Source of the DNA: Lama glama
Taxonomy: Eukaryota
Direction: 5' to 3'
DNA length: 64,000 bases
Assembly (NCBI GenBank): GCA_028534125.1
Contig: CM052817.1
Span: 20,214,001-20,278,000, forward strand
Shown: positions 50,480-62,370 of the stretch, one piece after another
Position numbering within the stretch: position 1 is the stretch's first letter
Layout: each line of letters opens with the position of its first letter
The notes under the pieces: model-generated
What the model saw: only the letters and a program-made list of their open reading frames with translations
The model's database searches: none
Told to the model about the DNA's origin: nothing
Made by a program: the position numbers and the translations under genes

Positions 50480-52829
50480 GACTAATGCCAGTGAAATAAA
50501 ATTGCTTACTTTCAAAGTTAGCTTTTAACCTTGATACACACACATACACACACACATGCACACACACACACACTGCATACTGACAGTCATATATATATAT
50601 AGAACACTGAGGATATCCAGGTCTAGAATACGAACATCAACAGACCTTACAAAATGGCTTCTAGACCAAGGGAGCATGGTATTGGTAAAGTGATGGAGGG
50701 AGGGAGGGAGGGTTGTCCCACTGGCTTCTCTGATACGATAAACTCAAGTAAATTTTGTTCTTAAATCTTTTAGAAATATAGATCAATATATCATTCTTCA
50801 TTTATTCTTTTGGAAATATGATAGTTGTAATAAAGTAAAAATCAATTTGTCAAGCAAATCTTGATTGCATTATCCTCAAAGGAAAATGCAAGTCAGCAAT
50901 AAAATATCCTGACGAGAAAATAGTAATAAGCTTAAAGCCTCATCTCATGCTTGTTATCCTGACAGCAATATCTCTGGAATATTCTCTTGACAGGAAAATT
51001 CCATTTCATTATCTTCAAAAAGAACTATCCAGAAATTTTTCCTTCCAAGGAAATAGTTATTATGCTGACAGAAACATTTCAGTTTCAATGTCCTGAAAGC
51101 AGCATCAGTCTTAACCCGGAATAGAAAGGATTTCAATGAAGGGCAGCTTGTTCCTTTGACTGCTGGAGATATGGTATGTATTTACTTAAAAGGAAATAAG
51201 AAAGACATAAAAGTATCAAATCAAAACACAAATTCAGCTTGTCATTTTATAATATGATTGGCATATTAAAATTTTAAAGAGACACACAAATAGAGGCATA
51301 TATTGATCTACCACTTTCAAGCACTCACCTGTTTTTGTATGGCAACATCATATACCTGATAGCTATACTATACAAATAGTGTGGTTGGACAAGGAAGGAG
51401 ATTCTATATGCAGGAAGGGTTGAGTGGAGGCTGACATACAGTTTCCTTCCATTCCTGGGCATCAAAAGATCTTCTGTAGACTTGCTTACTACATTACTCA
51501 ATCTTGTGACATAGCCCATGAGCAACTATCACGATTCTAATTCCAGCTAAATCTCATCCTATGTGTGTGATCTTGGAGCAGTTCATTTAGAGATATGAGC
51601 CTAATTCGTAAAGTGAGGATAATCAAACTCTTAAACATTTTATTATTTTCCCTAAGGATAGAGCTATAACAAGCGTGGCGACTGATAACATGGAAACATC
51701 TAGAAGAGCAAGATGTGACATATCCCACCTCCCACCAAAACCCAAAAGAAGATTAAAAAAAAGTAGTAAAACTTCAAATGATAGTGAAGAAAATGATATA
51801 TTCTTTAACTTTTGCAAATTATTTGGGCGCAGTAACAAAAACACACACTAATCATAGCCTATCTTATGTGTCTAAATAGTACCTAAGATAAGAGAAGGCT
51901 TCTGACTCAGCACTGCTGTCTATTTCATCTTTGGGTTGATGGTTAAAGATAGTACCTCCTCTCAAATTTAATAGTTAGACCAAATTAATTAGGAAAATTT
52001 ATTTCACAATGAGACTCGTGAGTTTTAACTGGATATTATTTACCTGCATCTGTTACTGCATTCATAATATATATTACTTATATTTTGTGGTTTGTTTAAT
52101 TATATCACAGACAAGTGCATTTTAAACACAAACCTAAAATGAGAAACCTAAAAATGACATTGACTGCTAAAAATAGAAACTAGTGCCCAATCCCACTTAC
52201 AAAGAGAAATGCAAAATTCTTAAATAAAAGAAGAGCAAGTTAGTTTGTAGAAAGTTCTCCACCATAATCATATTTGATTTTGTTTTTATTTCATTACTGT
52301 GAGGATAGATGAGTGTATTGGAACCAATTTATATTGCACAGACGTATATATATATATACACACATATATACAGATAAATATATATAAACATATAAAATCT
52401 CAACTGCTACCCAATAAATTCAACAAAATCTCATATTAAAAAAATAAAATGATATAGCCTTAAAAAGTTACTGCAGAGAACCTATACTATCATGAAGCAA
52501 ACACTTACTCTACAATAATAACAATTATTAAACTTAGTGTGTATATATATATAACTGAATCACTATGCTATACACCAGAAACTAACACAATGTTGTAAAT
52601 CAGCTATATGTCAATTAAAAAATAAAACTTAAGGATAAATCTCTGACAACTTATCCTAAAAAGTTAAGAAAAATCACTAAGAGGAACTAATCTCTACCAT
52701 AAGTATTTTAGGATGCAATTGTTTATTCAAAATATTTGAGACAAAACTATTTGAAATGAGGGGAAATAATTTTGTTGACAGACATATGGATTAATATATA
52801 TAGATATATTAGATATATATTATATATAC

Positions 52830-53035
52830 AGTGGCCACTTTGTCACCATAGAGAAATCCAGTCTCTGGATGAAATTGACAGTCTGGCAAGGGGAAGAAAC
52901 TGGATTTGTAATGACATTATAGTGTCTCTGAATTAAAATCAACTTTTAATCACTTTTCTCTAGAATTTCAGATGCTACTGTTTTAGAGTTTGAGTTGAGT
53001 ATTTGTTACCTAAAACTAAAGCTTTCTCATTAATA
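52830..53035 (+). mobile_element. Old MLT1 LTR fragment
   Basis: 'gtggccactttgtcaccatagag...gtttgagttgagtatttgttacctaaaactaaa'. Confidence 0.5.
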
Positions 53036-54542
53036 TAATAAATTTCATTAAATCTGAGCATTTTTCTTGGGTTTTTAGGGATAGATAGGTAGATAGACAG
53101 AAAAATGATAGATACAGAGATTGACATTGATATACATATATGTCATGCTATACACATGAGGTCAAAAGAAAGGAAAATGACGCTCTGCCAGGTTCCAGTC
53201 ATATTATACTACTAGTTAGGACATGGGAACCATAATAATTGAAAAACAAGTATACATACAGAATGACTTCAACTTTATCGAACTATATGCACATGAATAG
53301 AAATAAGTAACTCTTTTTTGTTTACTGTATGGATAGTGGCATAATTTGTACTTTATAAAGTTGTAGATTTTTTTTTAATTCCCTATATAGATATAGATTA
53401 GGAAGAAAACTAGGGTTACTTCAATATATTAAAAATATACACATATAGTTTATATTTGCTGTATAAACATATACATATATAAAAACACTAAGAGATAGAT
53501 GTGTGTTAGTATGCATACATATATTCCTTTTAGTATTAAATAAAAATAATGAGACATACATAATATATTTATGTGTAGAAAATGTATGTATGGATAGACA
53601 GTAGATGGTAGATAGAAAGATACAATAATTTACCAGCAGATGTTGTTTAAACAAATCATGCAACCATACTACTGTTAAACATTATTCTTTTAGATACTGG
53701 AACAGATATAAAGAAAGTCAAATAAAAATATCAATTGTCTATGTAACAATACAATAATAAATATAACAGCATGACATTTTGAATAAATAAATCACTCAAA
53801 TCAAGCAAAATGCTTCATTTTTGTTAAGGAAGATACATGTGTTACTTCCTTTCAAATGAATTCATTTTAAAGAAAATATAAGAAAAAACAGGACAGCTAA
53901 CAAATCCTTAATTTTTTTTCTATATTGAACTAATATGAAAAGTAATGTTTCATAATGCCATGTAATAGCTTCAGTAACACTGGGAATATGTGAATGAACC
54001 AAAAAAAAAAAAGTGTGTGTCTGTACTTATATGAAGCACAACAGAATAAAGATTCAAAGGTTAGACTGTATACATAGAACAACATTACTGAAAATTTTAG
54101 GTTTTGGCATATTTAAGAAGTGGAATTTTCCAGTACTATTATCTTCTCTTAAACTGAAACTGGCTAAGCATTTATAATTTCAGTCCAAGTATCATGTTTC
54201 TGGCATTAGTAGGCCTCCATTTGGAAAACAATGTCATAGGGTTCTTGTAGACAGATGGATAAATGAACAAAAGCAAAATAACATCCTAAGTTTTCTCCCT
54301 TTTATTTGATCTTCTGCCAAATGGAACTATATTTCTGTACAAAACAAAAAAAATATATCCTGGCATAAATTTAACTCTTCCTATGTCAGTTTTCTCTCAG
54401 AATTTATCTTCCCTGGCATATCTCCATTTAATAGAACGATTATATTAAAAACTTGTTCAGAGTGAACATTTCACCACATTCTCTCAGTGTATAAATAGTC
54501 CTTGGAATAGTTAAATCTGTATTTAACTACGACATTATTTGT

Positions 54543-54893
54543 TGGTATGGGCTGAATTGGGTTCCCCCAAGCTTTCTATGCTGAAGAACCTCTTGACGTG
54601 CCTATACTTGGAGATAAATTGAGATCATTAGGGAAAGCCCTAATCCAATCTGAATGGCGTCCTTGCAAGAAGAGAAGATTAGGACACAGGCACCTACAGA
54701 GGGAAGACCACGTGGAGACACCGGGAGGAGAAGGCCATGTCCAAGCCAAGGAGAGAGGCCTCAGAAGAAACCAGGTCTAAAGATATTTTGATCTCAGACT
54801 TTCTAGCCTCCAGAATTATGAGAAAATATACTTCTGTTGTGTAAACCAACCAGTCTGAGGCACTTTGTTATGGCACGTTAGGAAATTCACGTA
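54543..54893 (+). mobile_element. MaLR MLT1B-like solo LTR
   Basis: 'tatgggctgaattg...ccctaatccaatctga...ggagaaggccatgtccaagccaaggagagaggcctcagaagaaacc...gactttctagcctccagaattatgagaaaata'. Confidence 0.9.
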
Positions 54894-55450
54894 TCTATGA
54901 CAAAGTAAGTTTGCTATTTTGAGCCTTTCTGGTAGCTGTTTTCAATGTGATCGGTCCACTTACCTGTGTGTACTCCTAAACTATGAAGTTTCAGTAACTA
55001 GGTCAGCAGTATACCAGTGTTTAGTTAGTTGTATAGACAAAGACGTGCTCAGGGTAAAAGAGACAAACCGATCAGTTGAAAGTTATAAGACTTTTTATTC
55101 CATGAATTAAAAGTACAGTACTTCACCATCACATCAAAAAAACTGATTCTCATATATAACAAAAAAATAAATTCATTCTTTTTTGTAAACCAATAGAAAT
55201 GATACCTACTTCATGAGATTATTGTGAAAATGAAACAAGGTATTTGTGCAAATGTCTAGAAGATTACTGACCACATAATCAGTATCATACTGAATTGATT
55301 TGAAAAAGATATTTTCCTATTACCCAGACTACTTAATCAGTAAATGGAAGCTATCAAGAGGGGGATGTTATGAACAGATTCTCTTATACAGGAAATTCAC
55401 TGAACAATAGCATAGAAAATAGGGTGGAGGAAGTCGATACCAGAACACAA

Positions 55451-55474
55451 AACCCTAACCCTAACCCTAACCCT
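55451..55474 (-). repeat. Short interstitial telomeric repeat, (AACCCT)4 on +, i.e. TTAGGG-type on -
   Basis: Four perfect hexamers. Confidence 0.9.
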
Positions 55475-55635
55475 GTATAATAAAGGTTGCACTCATAATA
55501 TGTCCAGGGAGCAGTAAGAGACCTTTATTCTTAGACTGAGAGCCATGTGTTGGGTACTGTTAGGACCTATGGACTAGGTGGTTAGAAGCTAAATTGCAAA
55601 GGCAGAAATAGAAGGATTTAGAAACCGTGTGGGAG

Positions 55636-56311
55636 TGCTGAGAAACAAGCCACTGGAAAACAAGCAACTAGAAAACAAGCTGCACCCAAATTTCCATGAG
55701 CTTAAAATATTATATTCACACTTACTTGCTTAAAATGCACCTGCTTGCTTTGTTTTAATGTTTTACGCAGCAGATGACCTATAACGTGTATTATGTTAAG
55801 AAATTTCGTTAAGGGGCAATCCTGAGATTGACCATAAGGGCACGAAGGAGGGCAGATATTTCCTTAGGGTAAAACAATGGATGGTCCTGGAAAGCCAGAC
55901 CATCCATTAACAGAACTTTGTTCTGGCATGAAAGCATGCGATTTAACCCAGGGGAGATATTTGCTATCTCAAGATGTTCCGGAGGCAATAACAGGATAGA
56001 CTTAGAAATTTTGCATACCCCGAGGAGGGTGATTGTTCCTGGAAGGGATAGGCCTGAAATTAATCAGTTAATCAGCAAGCAGAACTTAGTGCTTATCGCG
56101 TGGAATATCTAAAGCCCCACCTCTTTGATCACATTCTTTTCTGAGCTGTAGACTTCCAATAAATATGATGTTGACCAGGCTTTCGGCACTCTAGATCCAC
56201 GAGACCTTGAGTCCCCTGGTCCCATCTTTGCTCTTTACTTTGTCTCTTTGGTTTCTTAAGTCTTGCGTTGCCAGTCCTCAGACAGAGTCCCGATCTGCAC
56301 TGGACGCAGCA
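55636..56311 (+). mobile_element. ERVK/betaretrovirus-type solo LTR (676 bp)
   Basis: Terminal inverted repeat TGCTG...CAGCA and a perfect 6-bp TSD TGGGAG at 55630-55635 and 56312-56317. AATAAATA at 56158 is followed by 'tcccctggtcccatctttgctctttactttgtctct', which resembles the HERV-K LTR 3' part. Many CpGs are retained. Confidence 0.88.
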
Positions 56312-57699
56312 TGGGAGAAAATACTGGGAGAAAATACGAAGGCTCCTGAAAAAGGGAATACGTGTTGAACGTAGTGCTTAAAAAAGATTTGTCTGACAAC
56401 GCAGGCTCTGCATTTCCTTGATATTTTAGTTCAATGCTTGTAAATCAAGGATAATGAAATACGACTTACGGGGAAATTGGGAGGATTAATTACAGATGCT
56501 AATGTTTGTAAAGAGCTTTAAGAAATGCTGCATTCAAAGTCCTGTTGCATCTCAGTTCAGAGCATTTGCATTCTTCCCGTTGTAAATTTCTGTTCACATT
56601 GTCTGAAGCTGCTGTAGACTGAGCTCTAATAAAAGTAGTTTCTGAGAGCATTTAATGAAAAAGGCACCCGCGAAGAGCAACTGGCAGGGTCAGACCACCC
56701 CAAGCAGTGTAAGAAAGGCCAGGTTCCCAAGATGGGAGGTCACTAGGAAGAATTTCTAAGAGAAGCAGACAGCCTTCCGCAGACAGCCTTCCACTGTTTT
56801 TCTCATTACTCATTCATCCTCTAACTTTTTTCCTCGGATTTTGAGAATCTCAAGTCACTCCATATGATAATTAACAGTTAACCACAGGGATAATCTATAA
56901 CTGATATCAAAAATTTTCATTAAGCCTTTTCTATAAATTTGATTATAGTCAAAAGTTATACATTCTTTTGTAGTGACCAAATCATTTCTACAAAGCAATT
57001 TAGAAATGTGTGATATGATAAGGTGTCCACATGAAAAATTCTTTATATACAAAACACATGAGGCCCTAGAAAATCACTACTTATTATTCCTTAGATTTTT
57101 GCTTCACTGTCATAGATCATATTTACCAAGAAAATGTTCTCTGGGAGTGCAGAAACTTAAATCCCAGCTCTGCCATTTAATTACTGCTATAATAATACTA
57201 CCAATAATGAAATTCCTTTAGGCAACTAATATTATGAACATATAGCATTTGTTAGGCAGTATTCTTGGCATGTCTGATAGTGAGTGGATAAGTGAGACTA
57301 AACCGGAAATTAAAATTTTTTTCATTTGTACACACGTTTCTTATTTTTTATGTAATATGTTTCTATTACATTTATGACAAAAGCGTTAAACCTGAATTCA
57401 ATACTCATCATTCTTGGCCTCATTAAGCCATTTTTCTTGGAATTATCCCCTTCTTTCATATCATGGACTCTTCCAACCAAACTACCCCAAAGTATTTATT
57501 CTCTTAACTCTTGCCTTTTCATCATTAGCATGTCTCAAAAAGTCATCCTTCTGGCTCTGTCCTATCTCCCACTAATGTAATCAAGGCCCTAAATCAGGCA
57601 TGACTATGTCAAATGGCTTGGTGAGAGAGCTGTCAACTTTATTTTCTTTCCTTTATTTCTCATTCTACCCAGTCTGCGTCACTGTGCGCTTTGCTAAAT

Positions 57700-57835
57700 G
57701 TAAATAGCAGTGGCATGATGACATTCGATTCCAGGTGTCAGCTCTATCACTTACTGTTTTTGTGACCTTGCTAATGGCACCTAAAAACACTAAGCTTTAG
57801 TGTCATCAGCATGAAACGGTAGAGCTATTACCAAG
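57700..57835 (+). mobile_element. MIR fragment
   Basis: 'cagctctatcacttactgtttttgtgaccttgc...aagctttagtgtcatcagcatgaaacgg'. Confidence 0.6.
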
Positions 57836-58003
57836 ATACCATTATCTTCTCTCTTACTATAAACATTTTTGAAGTCAATTTTTTAAAATATCTAGACTGA
57901 ATTCACCACATTATTGTCTCTGGTTCTTTCCCACCACTGCTCCATTACTGTGTGCTTTGTGCTAAGAGCTCCTTCCCCGTAAGTCTTTCCTCTAGGTAGG
58001 TAT

Positions 58004-58131
58004 TTATATATATATACATACATAATATATATATATTATATATATATACATACATAATATATATATATTATATATATATACATACATAATATATATATAT
58101 TATATATATAATATATATATATAAATATATA
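58004..58131. repeat. AT-rich minisatellite, about 32-bp unit (TA)nCATACATAA(TA)n, about 3 copies
   Basis: Directly visible. 'tacatacataatatatatatat' recurs three times. Confidence 0.9.
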
Positions 58132-59340
58132 AATAAAACCTCAAGTTCCAACACAATTTTGGCTTTTTCCTTATAGTCTTCTACAGTGATTCAGATCATC
58201 GTTCTCTCTTTAAGAACAAGTATTTTTCCCCCTTAAACCTCTAATTAGAATTCAGCCATAGTGAAAAGTGCAGTGCATTCCCATTTCAAAACTACTGAGA
58301 TGGAGAATGGAATCATCTGGATGTCTGTACTAAGCTTGATTCATAATACTGGGCTAAGGAGGGACACAGCTTCCCCTAAAGCGCAAGATTACTGAGTACC
58401 TAAAAGCAAGTATGTGATGTTCTACTAAGGAGGAAGGCGGGGGGATTCAGAATAGGAGTAATACGATGTGTTTATATGGCACGAGATGCTATGTACCACA
58501 AGCAGGATCCCAAACACTGTTTTCAAAATTCTAGGGAGCCAGAGGGGAGAAATTGAATTTATATCTGCACAACTGCTTAGTGCAAGGAAAGTTGGGCTAC
58601 ATATAAAAGTAAAGGGCTTTGTTTCTGACTCTGTACCTAATGCCTGTCTACAGTATCACTGCATCTCTTTTGGTGTAGTTTCCTTGTGTATTAATAAAGG
58701 TCTTGAGGAAAGGGAATTTAGTAACGCATAGGTTTCTGATTTGAGTGTCTGTAGGAGGAGTGAGACTATTCTTCAAGATAGAAAATATCATGGGAAGGTA
58801 AATTTTAGGAGACAAATGAATATGTGAAGAACTACTGGATGTGAAGAACCTGCTCAAATGAGAGATTCAGTAGACTTGATTGGCCTATGCCAATACTGCC
58901 TGGCATAGATACATCTGAAAAGGAAATATTTGGAAGTCATTTATTATATATTACAGATATATAATATTTGAAGCTACAGGGGTGAGGTATTAGTCCCTTA
59001 ACTAATTAATCCCTTAAGAGATTGAATACAGAGCTCCAGCTAACACCAACATAGAGCCGTGGGCATAGTTAATGAAGACTACAGACTTTTTGTTGACTAT
59101 ATTATATATATAGTCAACGATTTTGATATTTTTAACTGTGTTTAATCTTTTTGTTTTATTCATCTCTTGACAGGGGTACACAACTGATATTTGGAGAAAT
59201 GTTTTATCCTTAATAAATGCCAGAAATGTTTTTGAAAAAAACACTTACATGTCAACAATTTTGCCAATTACATTTCTTAATGTAAATGATCTTTTGATTG
59301 TATCTCATATTTTGCTTGTTTTTAGTTTGTGATTCCAGCA

Positions 59341-59840
59341 NNNNNNNNNNNNNNNNNNNNNNNNNNNNNNNNNNNNNNNNNNNNNNNNNNNNNNNNNNNN
59401 NNNNNNNNNNNNNNNNNNNNNNNNNNNNNNNNNNNNNNNNNNNNNNNNNNNNNNNNNNNNNNNNNNNNNNNNNNNNNNNNNNNNNNNNNNNNNNNNNNNN
59501 NNNNNNNNNNNNNNNNNNNNNNNNNNNNNNNNNNNNNNNNNNNNNNNNNNNNNNNNNNNNNNNNNNNNNNNNNNNNNNNNNNNNNNNNNNNNNNNNNNNN
59601 NNNNNNNNNNNNNNNNNNNNNNNNNNNNNNNNNNNNNNNNNNNNNNNNNNNNNNNNNNNNNNNNNNNNNNNNNNNNNNNNNNNNNNNNNNNNNNNNNNNN
59701 NNNNNNNNNNNNNNNNNNNNNNNNNNNNNNNNNNNNNNNNNNNNNNNNNNNNNNNNNNNNNNNNNNNNNNNNNNNNNNNNNNNNNNNNNNNNNNNNNNNN
59801 NNNNNNNNNNNNNNNNNNNNNNNNNNNNNNNNNNNNNNNN
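59341..59840. other. Assembly gap (500 N)
   Basis: Run of N. Confidence 1.
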
Positions 59841-60340
59841 CAATAAGCCTAGTTAAAAATCCGTTACCACACATAGTTACAATTTTGTTTTCTTGTGATG
59901 AGAACTTTTTAAGATTTACCCTCTTAGCAACTTTGAAGTGTACAACACAGTATCATTAACTACAGTCACCATAGTGTATATTACAGCCTCAGAGCATATT
60001 TATTTCATAACTAGAGGTTTCTGTCTTTGAGTACCTACACCCATTTCGCCCACCCCTACCTCCCACCTCTGGCAACCACTAATCTGTTCTCTGTATCTTT
60101 GTGTTCATTTTGTTTGTTGGTCGGTTTGGTTTTTAGATTTCTTATATGAGTGAGATCATATGGTATTTGTCTTCCTCTGTCTGAATTACTTCACTTACCA
60201 TAATGTCCTCAAGGTCCATCCATGTATTCATGAGTGGGAGGACTTCCTTATTTTTTATAAATAAATAATAATAATAGATATGAGAACATTTTCTTTATCC
60301 ATTCATCCATCAATGGAAACCTATGTTGCTTTTATGTATT
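59841..60340 (-). mobile_element. L1MA-type 3'UTR fragment
   Basis: 'ctcttagcaactttgaagtgtacaacacagtatcattaactacagtcacc...gagtgagatcatatggtatttgtc...aggtccatccatg'. Confidence 0.88.
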
Positions 60341-60819
60341 TTGACTTACTTTACTTTCCCAAGATGGATACAATTGAATGCCTAATCCCTAAGGAACTTA
60401 AATAATACTGAATGATGATAAGAAAAAATGCAAATATCTACAATCCAGGTAGATAAAATATAAGGTTATAAAGGCTCTGGTGGATCAAAGGAGTGAGTTT
60501 TTTTGGGGGGACTGTTTTTTTTGGTGAAAGCAGGGAGAACATGCAAATTGATGGAAGTCACTGTTCAAACCTTTACAAAGCATAGCTATTAAAACATGTC
60601 TTTGTCCAGTTTTTTTTTTTTAAAGAAGAAACTCTATTGTTCCCCATTAACCTCATAACTGAGTGAAAAGCATTTTTAAAAGACATAAATCTGGTGAAAG
60701 TTTTCTCAGGCAGGAAAATCTTCCAAGAAAAAGAATCAGGAATGTAGTATTAAATGAGTGATGAATTTTATGCTATTTCAAAGGTAAATCAAAGTGCTTG
60801 AAACATTTTTAAAATGTTA

Positions 60820-62370
60820 GATCACTGCATATGTAAGAAATGCACAACAGTAAACTTCCTTCCCTGTGTGCTGTTGTTGCCAGTCATTTTACTTCTACAT
60901 ATTGTCATTAAGACCCACAATACAACTGGTCTTTTTATAATTAAGCAGTAAAGTAAAATTTAAATAAAAATTTCCAATGAGGAAAAAAATTAAATAAATT
61001 CACATAGATACCAGTTCTAGGGCTCTCCATTCCTTTTTGTAGATCAAAATTTCTATCTGAAATGATTTGCCCTCAGCCTGAAAAATATCTTTAAACAGTG
61101 TTTGCAGTTTAGTATTGAAAAAAAATCTTTCTTTGGTTGTATTCTATTTTCCACTAATTTTTGAAGTATATTTTGAGCAGATATAGAATTCTCATTAACA
61201 GGTTTTTCTTCAGCACTTTAAATGTGCCATTAGATTGTCTTCTGGAATGCATTTTTTGGAGGCAAGGAATCCACACTGATTTGTTTTTATTTCCCTCTAT
61301 ATAATGTGTAATCATCTATAATTAATTTCCCTCTATATAATGTGTAATGTAACTATGATTCCTTTCATTGCTGTCTTTTTAGTGACTTATTATGTGTTTT
61401 GTGTAGTTTTCATGAAATTTGGGAAAAATTGTGATCATTATTTCTTCAAAACTTTTTCTCCCTAATTTCTTTGTAATTCTGAAACTCGTATTACTCACAT
61501 ACCAAATAACCTGACATTTTCCCATATGTGTCTTCATCTTTATTCATTTTATTAATCCATTTCTACTCTCACTGTTCCTGAGTTTGCAGTTTCTACTGCT
61601 GTCTTCTCAAATCCGCTGAACTTCCTACCAAGTGTCTAATCTTCTCTTCAGCCCAACTGGGTGTTTTTTTATTGCAGGTATTTCATTTTTATTTTCAAAA
61701 TATTTATCCAATGACCTAAAAAAAATCTTTGTAATTGACATTAAAAAAAAAAAAACTTGTCGGATTATTCTTTTATTTTTCTCAGTTCTAGATCCTTCAA
61801 ACTGATTGATTTTTCTTTTGGTGATAGGTCATACCTTTTGCTTGTCATGTTTAATGATATATAATTGAATGCTATACTTCATAAATATTTTACTTCCAGT
61901 GTCTGGATTTTTGTTGAAAGAGTGTCGGGTTTCGTCTTTTCGTTTTTAAACCAAATTTCCTAACAGATTGGACGAATCTTTTAAAATGATGTTTTTGTGA
62001 GTCTAAAGTAGATTTTAATCTAGACACTCAGGATACATAAACCTTTCTCTTAAGCTGTGGCTTAACTGATGTATCTACTGAATGCATGAGGTGAATCCTT
62101 AAGACTTTCCGCTTGTGTAGGTCAGAAATGAAATGTCTCTCGAGCTTGTATCCGCTCCCCAGTAGTCCTTTCCCTGGTAGCTGTCTTTTGCCAAGCTTTA
62201 TGGAGTCTTAGCTATACACACACATCTTTGTATTCATCCAAGAACACCAAAGGACACTTACACAGATTTACAAGGTTTTTTCATTGTTTTTTCTGACTAG
62301 AGCCCTTATTTCCTGAAACTCTAAATCTTTGATTTATCTTTACATAGCTCAGGAAGGTCATGTTCTTAAT
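60820..62370 (-). mobile_element. Old L1M ORF1/5' region, degenerate
   Basis: 'gatatagaattctc...tttttcttcagcactttaaatgtgccattagattgtcttctgg' on the minus strand corresponds to the ORF1p motif (ARRQW..IFKVL...PRILYP), now decayed. Confidence 0.6.

Noticed and set aside
55628..55635. TGTGGG at 55628 as the ERVK LTR start
   Set aside because: That boundary gives no TSD. Starting at 55636 gives both a perfect 6-bp TSD and a 5-bp terminal inverted repeat.
55912..55924. AGAACT-T-TGTTCT as a glucocorticoid/progesterone response element
   Set aside because: The spacer is 1 bp rather than the 3 bp required for steroid receptor dimers.
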